Shown here piece by piece: positions 10,210 to 25,200 of a stretch of DNA of 64,000 nucleotides. The position numbers and the translations under genes were made by a program. Origin of the DNA: Malacoraja senta. Taxonomy: Eukaryota. Location of the stretch: assembly GCA_038087875.1 (NCBI GenBank), contig CM075994.1, forward strand, positions 8,620,001-8,684,000, in the 5' to 3' direction. Position 1 is the first letter of the stretch. The number at the start of each line of letters is the position of its first letter. The notes under the pieces were generated by a model. That model was not told the origin of the DNA. It saw only the letters and a list, made by a program, of their open reading frames with translations, and did not search any database.

Positions 10210-13200
10210 CTGAAAAACAAAGATATTCCAATTATGACCAGACCCATACAAAAGAAAAGACACAAAGTGCTGGAGTAACTCAGCAGGTCAGACCCTTCAT
10301 CATAAGACAATAAGTGATAGGAGCAGAATTAGGCCAATCGGCCCATCAAGTCTGCTCCCCCATTCCATCATGACTAAACTAATACACTAATACAAGGCGA
10401 CTCCGGACTGTCAAAGCTGCCACAGCCAGACATAAAAACAACTTTTGTCCACGAGTAGTAGCTCCACTCAATAACGAAAAATCTGTAGCCTCCTTTTACT
10501 CTGGTATTTTATTTAATTCACATGTTTAATCAATAATGTTTTATTATTAATGTTTAATGTTTTTTGTGTCATTCGTAACTGTCACTGTATGTCATGTTGT
10601 CACTTGCGGGCGGAGCACCAAGGCAAATTCCTTGTATGTGAATACTTGGTCAATAAACTTATTAATTCATTCATTTTCCAGTGCTCCTGAAAATACTGAG
10701 AACTATATTCTGCACTCTGTATCTTCCCCTTTCTACCTATTATACTTGAGTTGTAAATGATTGTATTTATGTATAGTATATCTGATTTAAACTTTAGAGA
10801 TACTGCAAATATGGGCCCTTCGGCCCACCGAGTCCGCGCTGACCATCGATCCCCGCACACTAACACTATCCTACACACTCTAGCGACAATTACATTTACA
10901 CCAAGCCAATTAACCTACAACCCTATCTTTCTCTGGAGTTTGGGAGGAAACCGAAGCACACGGAGAAAACCCACGCGGTCACAGGGAGAGCGTACAAACT
11001 CCACACACACAAGTTATAGGAGTAGAATTAGGCCATTCGGCCCATCAAGTCTATTCTGCCATTCAATCATGGCTGATCTTTGCCTCCTAATCCCATTTTC
11101 CTGCCTTCTCCCCATAACCTTTGACACCTGTTCTAACCAAGAATTTGTCTATCTCTGCCTTAAAAAAATCCACTGGCTTGGCCTCCACAGACCTCTGTGG
11201 CAATGAGTTCCACAGATTAACTACCCTCTGACTAAAGAAGTTCCTCCTCACCTCCTTTCTAAAAGAGTGCCCCTTAATTCCGAGGCTGTGACCTCTGGTC
11301 CTAGACTCTCCCAATAGTGGAAACATCCTCTCCACACCAACTCTCTACCTTTCACTATTCTGTATGTTTCAATGAGGTCCCCCCCTCATTCTTCTAAACT
11401 CCAGCGAGTACAGGCCCAGTGCCGGCAAACGCTCATCATAGGGTAACCCACTCATTCCTGGGATCATTCTTGTAAACCTCTGGACCCTCACCAGAGCCGG
11501 CACATCCTTTCTCAGATACGCTGCCTGAAATTGCGCACAATATTCCAAAAGCGGCCTGACCAGCGCCTTATAGAGCCTCAGCATTACATCCCTGCTTTTG
11601 TATACAAGCCCTCTGAAATAAATGCTAGCGTTGTGTTTGCTTTCTTTACTACTGATTCGACTTGCAGATTGACATCTTGGGAACCCTGCACCATAGAGAC
11701 ATAGAGTTCTAGAGTGATACAGCATGGAAACGGGCACTTCGGCCCAACTTGCCCACACTGGCCAACATGTCCCAGCTACACTAGTCCCACCTGCCTGCGC
11801 TTGGTCCATATCCATCCAAACCTGTCCTATCCAGGGCTGTTAAACGCTCAGACAACACCCGAGGTCAGGATCGAACCCGGGTCTCCGGCGCTGTGGGGGG
11901 CAGCAGCTCTACACGCTGTGCCACCCGTGCTGCCCTTGACTTGGGAAGAGCTGACCTTGTCCAGGTCTGTGCTGTCCGGCTCAAATCCACTCAGCATGGT
12001 AATGTCCACGATGGCCATTCCAGAGGGGCGCTGGTCTTGGACTCCATCAGCAATGTGCCTGGGGAACAGAGGTGGGGAAAGACGGGGAGGGGAGCAGGAG
12101 AGGAGAGAAAGGGGGAGAGGAGGAGGGGTGGGAGGAGGGGAGGGGGAGGGGATGGGGCAAGGAGAGGATTGGGGTAGGGGGGAGGAGGGGAGGGGAGGAG
12201 GGGAGGGGGAGGTGAAGGAGGGGGAAGGGGAGGGGAGGTGGGGAGAGGAGGAGGGGAGGGATGGAGGGGAGAGGGGACAGGGGAGGGGGAGGAATGGAAG
12301 AGAGGAGGGGGAGTAATGGAAGGAGGGGAGGAGGGGAGGGGGGAGGAGGTGGGAGGGGGCGAGCAGAGGAGGGGAGGAGGGGAGGAGTGAAGAAGTGGAG
12401 GCAGAGGGGAGGAGGAGGGGAGGGAGGAGGGGAGGGGGATTGAGGGGATGGGGAGGAGGTGGGTGGTTTGGGAGGGGAGGAATGGTGAAGAAGGGGATGG
12501 GGAGAGGAAGGTGGAGGGAGATTTGGAGGGGAGGAATGGAGAGAGGAGGAGAGGGATTGGAGAGGCGAGGGGACGAGAGGATGGGTAGGGGAGGGGGAAG
12601 GGGATTGGGAAAGGAGGGGATGGGTAGGTGAGAGGGAGGGTGATAGGGAGTTAGGGGGAAGGGAGGTGGAATGGATCGGGTAGAGGGACGAAGAGAGGGG
12701 AGGGGGATTGAGAGTGTAGGGGGTGGGTGGGTGGGAGGTGGGGGGGAAGGGGAAGTGGGAGTGGATGGGGAGGGAGATAAAGTTTAAATTAATAATTGCC
12801 CCTTGGCATTGGACCTGGAATAAAACTGGTTGTTGCAAAGTGAAAGCAAAATCTGAAGAACTGTTTTGGTCGTCAGCTTAATAACAGCGATGCATCACAA
12901 CTTGGTTTGGGAACAGCTCCATCCAATACTGCAACAAATGGCAGAGAGTTGTGGACGCAGCCCAGACCATCACACAAACCAACCTCCCACTGACTCCATC
13001 TACACCTCACACTGCCTCGGCAAGGCCAGCAGCATGATCAAGGACCAGACTCACCCCGGCCACTCCCTCTTCTCCCATCTCCCATCGGGCAAGAGGTACA
13101 GGTGTGAAAACGCACACCTCCAGATCCAGGGACAGTTTCTTCCCAGCTGTTATCACGCAACTGAACAATCCTACCACAACCAGAGAGCAGTCTTGAACTA

Positions 13201-16200
13201 CTATCTACCTCATTGGTGACCCTCAGACTGTCTTTAATCAGAAGATAGACATAAAATGCTGGAGTAACACAACAGGACAGGCAGCATCTCTGGAGTGACG
13301 TTTTGGGCTGAGACCCTTCTTCAGACTTTGCAGGGCTTTGTAGTTTAGTTTCATTTAATTTAGTTCAGACATACAGCGCGGCAACAAGGTTCTTCGGCCC
13401 ACCGAGTCCGCACCGACCAGCGATCCCCGCACGCGAACATTATCCCACACACACTAGGGACAATTTACACATACACAAAGCCAATTTACCTGCAAACCTG
13501 CATGTCTTTGGAGTGTGGGAGGAAACCGGAGCACCCGGAGAAAACCCACAAAGGTCACGGGGAGAACGTGCAAACTCCGCACTAAGCTAAAAACTAAACT
13601 AAACTAAATTAAGCTAATTAAGCCTAATTAAGCAAATTAAAATAAATTAAGCCCTAGTGAGTGAGACCACACCTGGAGTATTGTGTTCAGTTTTGGTGTC
13701 CTAATTTGAGGAAGGACATTCTTGCTATTGAGGCAGTGCAGCGTAGGTTTACAAGGTTAATTCCGGGATGGCGGGACTGTCATATGCTGAGAGAATGGAG
13801 CGGCTGGGCTGGTACAATCTGGAGTTTAGAAGGATGAGAGGATATCTTATTGAAACATATAAGATTGTTAAGGGTTTGGACACGCCAGAGGCAGGAAACA
13901 TGTTCCCGATGTTGTCCAGAACCAGGGGCCACAGTTTAAGAATAAGGGGTAAGCCATTTAGAACGGAGATGAGGAAACACTTTTTCACACAGAGAGTTGT
14001 GAGTCTGTGGAATTCTCCGCCTCAGAGGGTGGTGGACGCCGGTTCTCTGGATACTTTCAAGAGAGAGCTAGATAGGGCTCTTAAAGATAGCGGAGTCAGG
14101 GGGTATCGGGAGAAGGCAGGAACGGGGTACTGATTGGGGATGATCAGCCATGATCACATTGAATGGCGGTGCTGGCTCGAAGGGCCAAATGGCCTACTCC
14201 TGTACCTATTGTCTACGGTCTAAAAACTAAACTAAACCACTCTATCCAGGCCTTTCATTATGCGGTTACGTTTCAATGAGGTCTCCTATTGAGGGCTACT
14301 ATGATCCAGGCAAGCTAGCGATGGGCATAAGTTGGCCTCCGTACAGGCTTAAAAATTGTCCCACTGACCAGTAGCAGATTTTGTAGTAAAGGATCTCAGC
14401 GTTATCTTCAGCCGGTGCCTGTCTCTTCGTTCTCCGAGATCGCAGATCGAACCAGTTTATCCCACTTACTGGCTGGTCTGCTGCCATCATCTCCTCAGCA
14501 TCTTGTTCATCGTAGTAAATCGTTTGCGCTGTTGCAATGGAAAGCACACTATCAACTGACGACATATTCCTTTCCTCAACAAAGAGCCTTTATTCACATA
14601 ATCACAGGTTACAAAGCTTTAGTTCAGAGATAGACAATAGACAATAGGTGCAGGAGTAGGCCATTTGGCCCTTCGAGTGTTCATGGCTGATCATCCCCAA
14701 TCAGTACCCCATTCCTGCCTTCTCCCCATATCCCCTGACTGCGCTATTTTTAAGAGCCCTATCTAGCTCTCTCTTGAAAGCTTCCAGAAAATCGGCCTTC
14801 TTCTGAGGCAGAGAATTCCACAGATTCACAACTCTCTGGGTGAAAAAGTTTGTCCTCATCTCCATTCTAAATGGCTTACCCCTTATTCTTAAACTGTGGC
14901 CCCTGGTTCTGGATTCCTCCAACATCAGGAACAGGTTTCCTGCCTCTAGCATGTCCAATCCCTTAATATTAATCTTATATATTTCAATAAGATCACCTCA
15001 TATCCTACTAAATTCCAGAGTATACAAGCCCAGCCGCTCCATTCTCTCAACATATGACAGTCCCGCCATCTCGGGAATTAACCTTGTAAACCTACGCTGC
15101 ACTCCTTCAATAGCAAGAATGTCCTTCCTCAAATTAGGAGACCAAAACTGCACATAATACTCCAGGTGTGGTCTCACTAGGGCCCTGTACAACTGCAGAA
15201 GGACCTCTTTGCTCCTATACTCAACACCTCTTGCTATGAAGGCAGAAACAGGCCCTTCAGCCCACCGAGTCCGCACCGACCAGTGATCACCCCTAAAACA
15301 CACACTAGGGACAATTTACACTTCGACTAAGACATTCCACCTACATGCTTGTACGTTTTTGGAGTGTGGGAGGAAACCGGAGATCTCGGAGAAAACCTAC
15401 ACGGGTCACGGGCAGAATGTGCAAACTCCGTACAGACAGCACCCGTGGTGAGTTTTTCACACAAAGGGTGGTGGGTGTATGGAACAAGCTGCCGGAGGAA
15501 GTAGTTGAGGCAGGGACTATCACAATGTTTGAGAGACAATTGGACAGGTACATGGATTGGACGTGTTTGGAGGGATATGGGCCAAATGCAGGCAGGTGGG
15601 ACTAGTGTAGATGGGGCATGTTGGCTAGTATGGACAAGTTGGGCCATAGGGCCTGTTTCCACAGGTGTGAATCTATGACTATGTATTGGAAAGATTAAAA
15701 CTGCCCAGTAGTTTGCAAACATCATCAGACTGCAACATTTTCAGCTCCATCAACAACGACTCTGCCATGGCGACAAGCATCCATGGAAGGCCTTCAGCGC
15801 GGAAGCAGGCCCTTTGGCCCATCAACTCTGCACAGACCAGCGATGCCCGCACGATAATACTATCCTACAGTGCTTTTTTGTCGCGTACTGTCCAGTCAGC
15901 GGAAAGACAATATATGATTACAATCGAGCCGTCCACAGTGTACGGATACAGTATAAAGGCAATAACATTTAGTGCAAGATAAAGCCAGCAAAGTCCGATC
16001 AAAGATAATAATGTTTAGTGCAAGGTAAAGTCTGATCAAATATAGTCCGAGGGTCTCCAATGAGGTAGATGGTAGGTCAGGACCGCTCTCTAGTTGTCGC
16101 TAGGATGGTTCAGTTTAGTTTAGTTTAGTTTAGTTTAGAAGTACAGGCCAGAAACCGGCCCTTCGGCCCACCGAGTCCGCACCGACCAGCGATCCCCGCA

Positions 16201-19200
16201 CACTAACATTATCCTACACACACTAGGGACAATTTATACTTAAACCAAGCCAATTAACCTACAAACCTGTACGTCTTTGGAGTGTGGGAGGAAACCGAAG
16301 ATCTCGGAGAAAACCCACACAGGTCACGGGGAGAACGTACAAACTCCATGCAGACAGCGAGCACCCGTGGTCGGGATTGAACCGGAGGGTCTGGCGATGT
16401 AAGGGAGCAACTCTATCGCTGCACCGCCTTGCCGCCCAAACAAGGTGTGTCTTGTTACTCACTTGTGTACTCCACCTTGCCTTGAACGGTAACTTCAAGC
16501 TGTAAATAGCCGCAGGTATTCCCAGTCTCCTCGATAACCTGATACGTCTTCAGCGTCTACGAATTCCACAAATACATTCAAATTAAAATGGTGAGCAACT
16601 ACACCTTGAGTTTATAACGCCGTGACATGCGTGGCCCAGTAGCGCAGCGGGTAGAGCTGCTATCTCGCAGCACCAGGGGTTTACTAGATTGATCCCAGGA
16701 ATGAGTGGGTTAACCTCTGCTGAGCGTTTGTCGGCACTGGGCCTGTACTCGCTGGAGTTTAGAAGAATGAGGGGGGCGACCTCATTGAAGCTTACAGAAT
16801 AGTGAAAGGCCTGGATAGAGTGGCTAGTCTCATAGTCATAGAGTGATACAGTGTGGAAACAGGCCCTTCGGCCCAACATGCCCACATTGGCCAACATGTC
16901 CCAGCTACCCTAGATGTGGGGAGGATGTTTCCATTCGTGGGAGAGTCTCGGACTAGAGATCACAGCCTCAGAATTAAAGGACTTCTTTTAGGAAGGAGAT
17001 GAGGAGGAATTTCTTTAGTCAGAGGGTGGTGAATCTGTGGGATTCATTGCCCCAGAAGGCTGTGGAGGCCAAGTCAGTGGATATTTTTAAGGCAGAGATA
17101 GATAGATTCTTGATTAGTACGGGTGTCAGGGGTTATCTATGGGGAGAAGGCTAGAGGATGGGGTGATCGCTGGTCGGCACGGACTCGTTGGGCCGAATGG
17201 CCTGTTTCCACGCTGCATCTCCAAAGGCTAAAGTAACTTCAAAGGTTAATTGGGCCTCTGTTAATTGCCCTCGATTGTGTAGATAAGTGGTAGATTGGGT
17301 GGGGGGGGGGTTGATGTTGATGCTTAGTTTAGAGATATAGCGCAGAAAAAGGCCCTTTGACTAGCGATCCCCGCACACTAAAGGGTCTGTCCCACTTTCA
17401 CAACCTAATTCACAACCTCTGCCGAGTTTGCCCTTGACTCATACTCGCAGCATGGTCGTCACGAGGTCGTAGGTACTCGGGCAGCAAGTAGGTCGGGGCG
17501 TTTTTTTCAACATGATGAAAAATGTCCGTGAGTAAAAAAGGTTGTGAATTAGGTCATGAAAGTGGGACAGGCCCTTAACACTATCCTACACACACTAGGG
17601 ACAATTTACACATACACCAAGCCAATTAAACCTACAAACCTGTACGTCTTTGGTGTGGGAAGAAATCAAAGATCTCGGAAAAAACCCACGCAGGTCACGG
17701 GCAGAACGTACAAACTCCGTACAGACAGCACCCGTAGTCGGGATCGAACCCCGGTCTCTGGCGCTGTGAGTACCACTGCGCTACCGTGTTGACCAGTCTT
17801 GGCAGGGGTCACTTCATTATGTATACGAGACACAAGTCGGAAACTCTCTACTTACAGTAAGTGTTCCATTTCCAATACCGGTGAGTTCCACGTTGATTAC
17901 ATCACCCAGCGGAAACTGAAACGCAAAGAAAAAGGTATAGGCGTGAGTTATGTGAGTTAGTGAGTTTGGTTTATTGTCACGTGTACCGAGGTGCAATGAA
18001 AAGCTTTTTTGTTGCGTGCTAACCAGTCAGCGGAAAGGCAATACATGATTACAATCGAGCCGTCCACAGTGTACGGATACAGGATAAAGAGAATAATGTT
18101 AAGTGCAGAACCAGGGGCCACACAGTTTAAGAATAAGGGGTCGGCCATTTAGGACTGAGATTGGGAAAATCTTTTTCACCCAGAGAGTTGTGAATCTGTG
18201 GAATTCTCTGCCTCAGAGGCAGTGGAGGTCGATTCACTAGATATTTTCAAGAATTAGATATAGGTCTTAGAGCTAACGGAATCAAGGGATATGGGGAGAA
18301 AGCAGGAACGGGGTACTGATTGGGGATGATCCGCCACGATCATATTGAATGGTGATGCTGGCTCGAAGGGCCGGATGGCCTACTCCTGCACCTGTTGTCT
18401 ATGTATCTATCTATGTAAGATAAAGACAGCAAAGTCCAATCAAAGATAGTCTGAGGGTCTCCCATGAGGTAGATGGTAGGTCAGGATGGTTGTTTAGTTT
18501 AGTATCGTATTGTATTGTACAATTTTATATATTGGCACCACAAGGCTGAGGGGTAATCTTAGAGGTTCATTTAGTTTAGGTTAGTTTAGAGATACAGCGC
18601 GGAAACTGGTCCTAGGGCCCACCGAGACTGCACTGACCAAGAATGCACAAACTCCGTACAGACAGCACCCGTAGTCTGCATCAAATCCGCGTCTCTGGCT
18701 CTGTGAGGCAGCAACTCTTCCCGCTGTGCCACTGTGCCTGATAACAGCTGGGAAGAAACTGTCCCTGAATCTGGAGGTTCTGTATGATTTGCAAATCTGT
18801 ACCTCTTGCCCGATAGGAGAGGGGAGTAGAGGGAGTGGCCAGGGTGAGACTGGCTCTTGATTATACTACTGGCCTTGCCAAGGCAGCGTGAGGTGTGGAT
18901 GGAGTCAATGGAAGGGAGGTTTGTTTGACTGATGGTCAGGGCTGCGTCCACAACAATTTCTTGCGGTCTTGGATGGAGCTGTTCTCAACGCAAGTTGTGA
19001 TGCATCCCGATAAAATGCTATCTCCAACGCATCTGTTGTTGGTGAGATGACCAACTTGGGGACATGTCGAACATCCTAAGCCTTCTAAGGATGCAGAGGC
19101 GTTCGTTTGCTTTCTTGACCATTGATTGGGAGATAATAGCGCAGAAACAGGCCTTCGGCCCACTATCTTATACTACACAGTTGGGACAATTTACAATTTT

Positions 19201-22200
19201 TGCTGAAGCCAATTAACCTACAAACCTGCACGTCTATGGAGTGTGGGAGGAAACTGTAGCACCCGGAAAAAACCCACACGATCACGGGGAGAACGTGCAA
19301 ACTGCGTACAGACAGCACCGTAGCCAGGATCGAACCCGGGTCTCTGACGGTGTGAAGCAGCAACTCTACCGCTGCGCCACCATGCTGTCCATTGCTTTGA
19401 TGTTAATTAATCTACAGATCCACTCGGCATCCAAACGATTCGGGCGGCCGCGGTGGCACAGCGGTAGAGTTGCCGTGGAGACCCGGGTTCGATCCCGGCT
19501 ACGGGTGCTGTCTGTACGGAGTTTGTAACTTCTCCCCGTGACCTGCGTGGGTTTTCTCTGAGAACTTCGGTTTCCTCCCAATCTCCAAAGACGTGCAGGT
19601 TTGTAGGTTAATTGGCTTGGCATAAATGTAAATTGTCCCTCGTGTGTGTAGGATAGTGTTAGTGTGCGGGGATCGAAGGGCCTGTTTCCACGCTGTATCT
19701 CCAAACTAAACTAAGGTAGACATAATGTGTAGGAAGGAACTGCAGATGCTGGATTAAACCGAAGATGGACACAAATGCTGGAGTAACTCAGCGGGACAGG
19801 CAGCATCTCCGGAGAGAAGGAATGGGTGACGTTTCAGTTCGAGACTCTTCTTCAGACTGATGTCAGGGGAGTGGGTGATACAGAGGTAAAATGTAGTCGT
19901 AGACAGTAAGACTGGTGGGAGAACTGGGAAGGGGAGGGATGGAGAGAGAGGGAAAGCAAGGGTTACTTGACGTTGGAGAAGTCAATGTTCATACCACTGG
20001 GGTGTAAGCTGAGGCAAGTGGAATATGAGGTGCTGTTCCTTCAAATTGCGCTGGGCCTCACTCTGACAGTGGAGGAGGCCCAGGACAGAAAGGTCAGATT
20101 GGGAATGGGAGGGGGAGTTAAAGTGTTGAGCAACCGGGAGATCAGGTAGGTTTAGGCGGACTGAGCGGAGGTGTTCTGCGAAACGATCGCCGAGCCTGCG
20201 CTTAGTCTCGCCGATATACAGGAGTCGACACCTGGAAAAGCAGATACATTAGATGAGGTTGGAGGAGGTGCAAGTGAACCTCTGCCTCACCTGAAAGGAC
20301 TGTCGGGGTCCTTGGATGGAGTCGAGGGGGGAGGTAAAGGGACAGGTGTTGCATCTCCTGTGGTTGCAGGGGAAAGTATCTGGGGAGGGGGTGGTTTGGG
20401 ACGAGTTGACCAGGGAGTTGCTGAGGGAACGGTTGGCGTGGAAGGTGGAAAAGGGTGGAGATGGGAAGATGTGGCTGGTAGATCCCGTTGGAGCTGGCGA
20501 AAGTGTCGGAGGATTCTGTGCTGCATGCGACGGCTAAACTAAACTTCCATTGTCTTCGGATCGCGTTCCCACCTTCAGCTGTTCCTGAATCAGTGCGTTG
20601 CTTCTCTCTATCTTGATGGTCTTGCTCCCACTTCGCCCAGGGCTGGTGATCTTGAACTGCATAGCGATCTCCTGTGGGGAGTAGGTTGCTATGCTGTACA
20701 CCGACAGAGCTTCCAGGGCCACCACAGTATCCTTGCCGACCAAAGGAGAGAGAGGGAGAAACTGTTTTACAATGGGGCCACCATTAAAATCACAACTTCA
20801 CAAGTTATAGTAGAATTAAGCCATTCGGCCCATCGAGTCTACTCCCCTATTCAATCATGGCTCTGCCTCCTACATAGATACATAGATACATAGAAAATAG
20901 GTGCAGGAGTAGGCCATTCGGCCCTTCGAGCCTGCACCGCCATTCAATATGATCATGGCTGATCATCCAACTCAGTATCCCGTACCTGCCTTCTCTCCAT
21001 ACCCCCTGATCCCTTTAGCCACAAGGGCCACATCTAACTCCCTCTTAATTATAGCCAATGAACTGGCGTCAACTACCCTCTGTGGCAGAGAGTTCCAGAG
21101 ATTCACCACTCTCTGTGTGAAAAAGTTTTTCCTCATCTCGGTCTTAAAGGATTTCCCCCTTATCCTTAAGCTGTGACCCCTTGTCCTGGACTTCCCCAAC
21201 ATCGGGAACAATCTTCCTGCATCTAGCCTGTCCAACCCCATAAGAATTTTGTACGTTTCTATAAGATCCCCTCTCAATCTCCTAAATTCTAGCGAGTATA
21301 AGCCAAGTCTATCCAGTCTTTCTTCATATGAAAGTCCTGACATCCCAGGAATCAGTCTGGTGAACCTTCTCTGCACTCCCTCTATGGCTATAATGTCCTT
21401 CCTCAGATTTGGAGACCAAAACTGTACGCAATACTCCAGGTGTGGTCTCACCAAGACCCTGTACAACTGCAGTAGAACCTCCCTGCTCCTATACTCAAAT
21501 CCTCTTGCTATGAAGGCCAACATACTATTCGCTTTCTTCACTGCCTGCTGCACCTGCATGCCTACTTTCAATGACTGGTGTACCATGACACCCAGGTCTC
21601 GCTGCACCTCCCCATTTCCTAATCGGCCACCATTTAGATAATAGTCTGCCTTCCCGTTTTTGCCACCAAAGTGGATAACCTCACATTTATCCACATTATA
21701 CTGCATCTGCCAAACATTTGCCCACTCACCCAGCCTATCCTAGTCACCTTGCAGTCTCCTAGCATCCTCCTCACAGCTAACACTGCCCCCCAGCTTAGTG
21801 TCATCCGCAAACTTGGAGATATTGCTTTCAATTCCCTCGTCCAGATCATTAATATAAATTGTAAATAGCTGGGGTCCCAGCAATGAGCCTTGCGGTACCC
21901 CACTAGTCACTGCCTGCCATTGTGAAAAGGACCCGTTTACTCCTACTCTTTGCTTCCTGTTTACCAGCCAGTTCTCTATTCACATCAATACTGAACCCCC
22001 AATACCGTGTGATTTAAGTTTGTATCCTAATCTCTTATGTGGTACCTTGTCGAAAGCCTTCTGAAAGTCCAGATACAACACATCCACTGGTTCTCCCCTA
22101 TCCACTCTACTAGTTACATCCTCGAAAAATTCTATAAGATTCGTCAGACACGATTTACCTTTCGTAAATCCATGCTGACTTTGTCCAATGATTTCACCAC

Positions 22201-25200
22201 TTTCCAAATGTGCTGCTATCCCATCTTTAATAACTGTAGCAGTTTCCCCACTACCGATGTTAGACTAACTGGTCTGTAATTCCCCGTTTTCTCTCTCCCT
22301 CCCTTCTTAAAAAGTGGGGTTACGTTTGCTACCCTCCAATCCACAGGAACTACTCCAGAATCTAAAGAATTTTGAAAAATTATCACTAATGCATCCACTA
22401 TTTCTGGAGCTACTTCCTTAAGTACTCTGGGATGCAGCCTATCTGGCCCTGGTGATTTATCGGCCTTTAATCCATTCAATTTACCCAACACCACTTCCCG
22501 ACTAACCTGGATTTCACTCAGTTCCTCCATCTCCTTATTTCCGGCAGATTATTTATGTCTTCCTTAGTGAAGACGGAACCAAAGTAGTTATTCAATTGGT
22601 CCGCCATATCCTTGTTCCCCATGATCAATTCACCTGTTTCTGACTGCAAGGGACCTACATTTGTTTTAACTAATCTCTTTCTCTTCACATATCTATAAAA
22701 ACTTTTGCAGTCAGTTTTTATGTTCCCTGCCAGTTTCCTTTCATAATCTATTTTCCCTTTCCTAATTAAGCCCTTTGTCCTCCTCTGCTGGTCTCTGAAT
22801 TTCTCCCAGTCCTCTGGTATGCTGCTTTTTCTGGCTAATTTGTACGCAACATCTTTTGCTTTGATACTATCCCTGATTTCCCTTGTTATCCACGGATGCA
22901 CTACCTTCCCTGATTTATTCTTTTGCCAAACTGGGATGAACATTTTTTGTAGTTCATCCATGCAGTCTTTAAATGCTTTCCATTGCATATCCACCGTCAA
23001 CCCTTTTAGAACTAATTGCCAGTCAATCTTGGCCAATTCACGTCTCATATCCTCAAAGTTACCTTTCTTTAAGTTCAGAACCGTTGTTTCTGAATTAACA
23101 ATGTCACTCTCCATCCTAATGAAGAACTCAACCATATTATGGTCACTCTTGCCCAAGGGGGCACGCACAACAAGTCTGCTAACTAACCCTTCCTCATTAC
23201 TCAATACCCAGTCTAGAATAGCCTGCTCTCTCGTTGGTTCCTCTACATGTTGGTTTAGATAACTATCCCTCATACATTCCAAGAAATCCTCTTCCTCAGC
23301 ACCCCTGACAATTTGATTCACCCAATCTATATGTAGATTGAAGTCACCCATTATAACTGTTTTGCCTTTGTTGCACGCATTACTAATTTCCTGTTTGATG
23401 CCATCCCCAACTTCACTACTACTGCTAGGTGCCCTGTGCACAACACCCACCAGCGTTTTCTGCCCCTTAGTATTTCGTAACTCTACCCATACCGATTCCA
23501 CATCCTCCAAGCTAATGTCCTTCCTTTCCACTGCGTTAATCTCCTCTCTAACCAGCAATGCTACCCCACCTCCTTTTCCTTTCTCTCTATCCCTCCTGAA
23601 TATTGAATATCCCTGGATGTTCAGCTCCCAGCCTTGGTCACCCTGGAGCCATGTCTCCGTGATCCCAACTATATCATAATCATTAATAGCTATCTGCACA
23701 TTCAACTCATCGACCTTATTACGAATGCTCCTTGCATTGAGACACAAAGCCTTCAGGCTTGTTTTTACAACGCTCTTACCCCTTATACAATTATGTTGGA
23801 AAGTGGCTCTTTTTGATTTTTGCCCTGGATTTGTCTGCCTGCCACTTTTACTTTTCACCTTGCTACCTATTGCTTCCGCCCGCATTTTGCACCCCTGTTT
23901 CTCTGCTCACCCATTTAAGAACCCCACCACCTCTTATTCTCTGTTTATTATTGTTCTCTTCTTTCCCCCCTACATGTTGGGTCTGAGTGCTTTCCTTCTC
24001 TGCCTCCTGCCTCACACACTGTCTAATAGCATTCTCTATTTGAGTCCCTCCCCCCAACCATTCTAGTTTAAAGTCTCCCCAGTAGCCTTTGCAGATCTCC
24101 CCGCCAGGATAACCCCATTCTCCTGCCTTCTCCCCATAACCCCTGACACCCGTTCCAATCAAGAATTTATTTTTCTCTGCCCTAAAAATATCCACTGACT
24201 TGGCCTCCACAACCCTCTGTGGCAATGAATCCCACAGATTAACTGCCCTCTGACTAAAGAAGTTCCTCCTCACCTCCTTTCTAAAAGAGCGCCCTTTAAT
24301 TCCGAGGATGAGGACCTCTAGTCCGAGACTCTCCCACCAGTAGACACATCCTCTCCACATCCACTCTATCCAGGCCTTTCATTATTCTGAGTTTCAATGA
24401 GGTTCCCCCCCCCCACCCCTCAACCTTCTAAACTCCAGCGAGTACAGGCCCAGAGCCGTCTAACGCGCATCATATGCTAACCCACTAATTTCCTGGGATC
24501 ATGTCATGTTGTCACTTGTGGGCGGAGCACCAAGGCAAATTCATTGTATGTGAATACTAGGCCAATAAACCTATTCATTCATTCATTCATTCATTCATTC
24601 AACTCACTCATTTCTGGGATCATTGTCATAAACCTCCTCTGGACGCTCTCCAGAGCCAGCACTTCCTTCCTCAGATATGGGGCTCAAATTTGCTTACAGT
24701 ATTCCAAATGACCCATTGATCCATTCCAATTCCATGTGGGAGGACCGGGCGTGGGGGAAGCCCAGAGAGAGAGAACAAAGGACAACAAAGGTCGATCTAC
24801 CTGATGTCAAACACTTTAACTCCCCCTTCCATTCCCACACTGACCTTTCTGTCCTGGGCCTCCTCCACTGTCAGTGAGGCCCAGCGCTAATTGGAGGAGC
24901 AGCACCTCATATTTCGCTTGGGCAGCTTACACCCCAGTGGTATGAACATTGACTTCTCTAACTTCAAGTAAGCCTTGCTTTCCCTCTCTCCATCCCCTCC
25001 CCCACCCAAGTTGCACCAGCTTCTCGTTCTCACCTAGCAATCAGCTAACAATCGCCTGTTTCATCGTTACTTTTTTGCATATCTTTCATTCATTTGTTCT
25101 ATGTCTCTCTCCATCACCATCTATATCTCTCGATTCCCTCTCCCCTGACTCTCAGTCTGATGAAGGGTCTCGACCCGAAACGTCACCTATATCTTCTCTG

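Noticed and set aside
12047..12838. 263-aa Pro/Ser-rich ORF and overlapping Gly/Arg-rich ORFs
   Set aside because: Artefacts of the low-complexity G-rich tract
19442..19510. tRNA genes
   Set aside because: The tRNA-like boxes are SINE heads fused to SINE bodies; no complete cloverleaf evident
20872..24110. Intact, active CR1 element
   Set aside because: ORF2 is split by frameshifts and small deletions, and ORF1 is truncated
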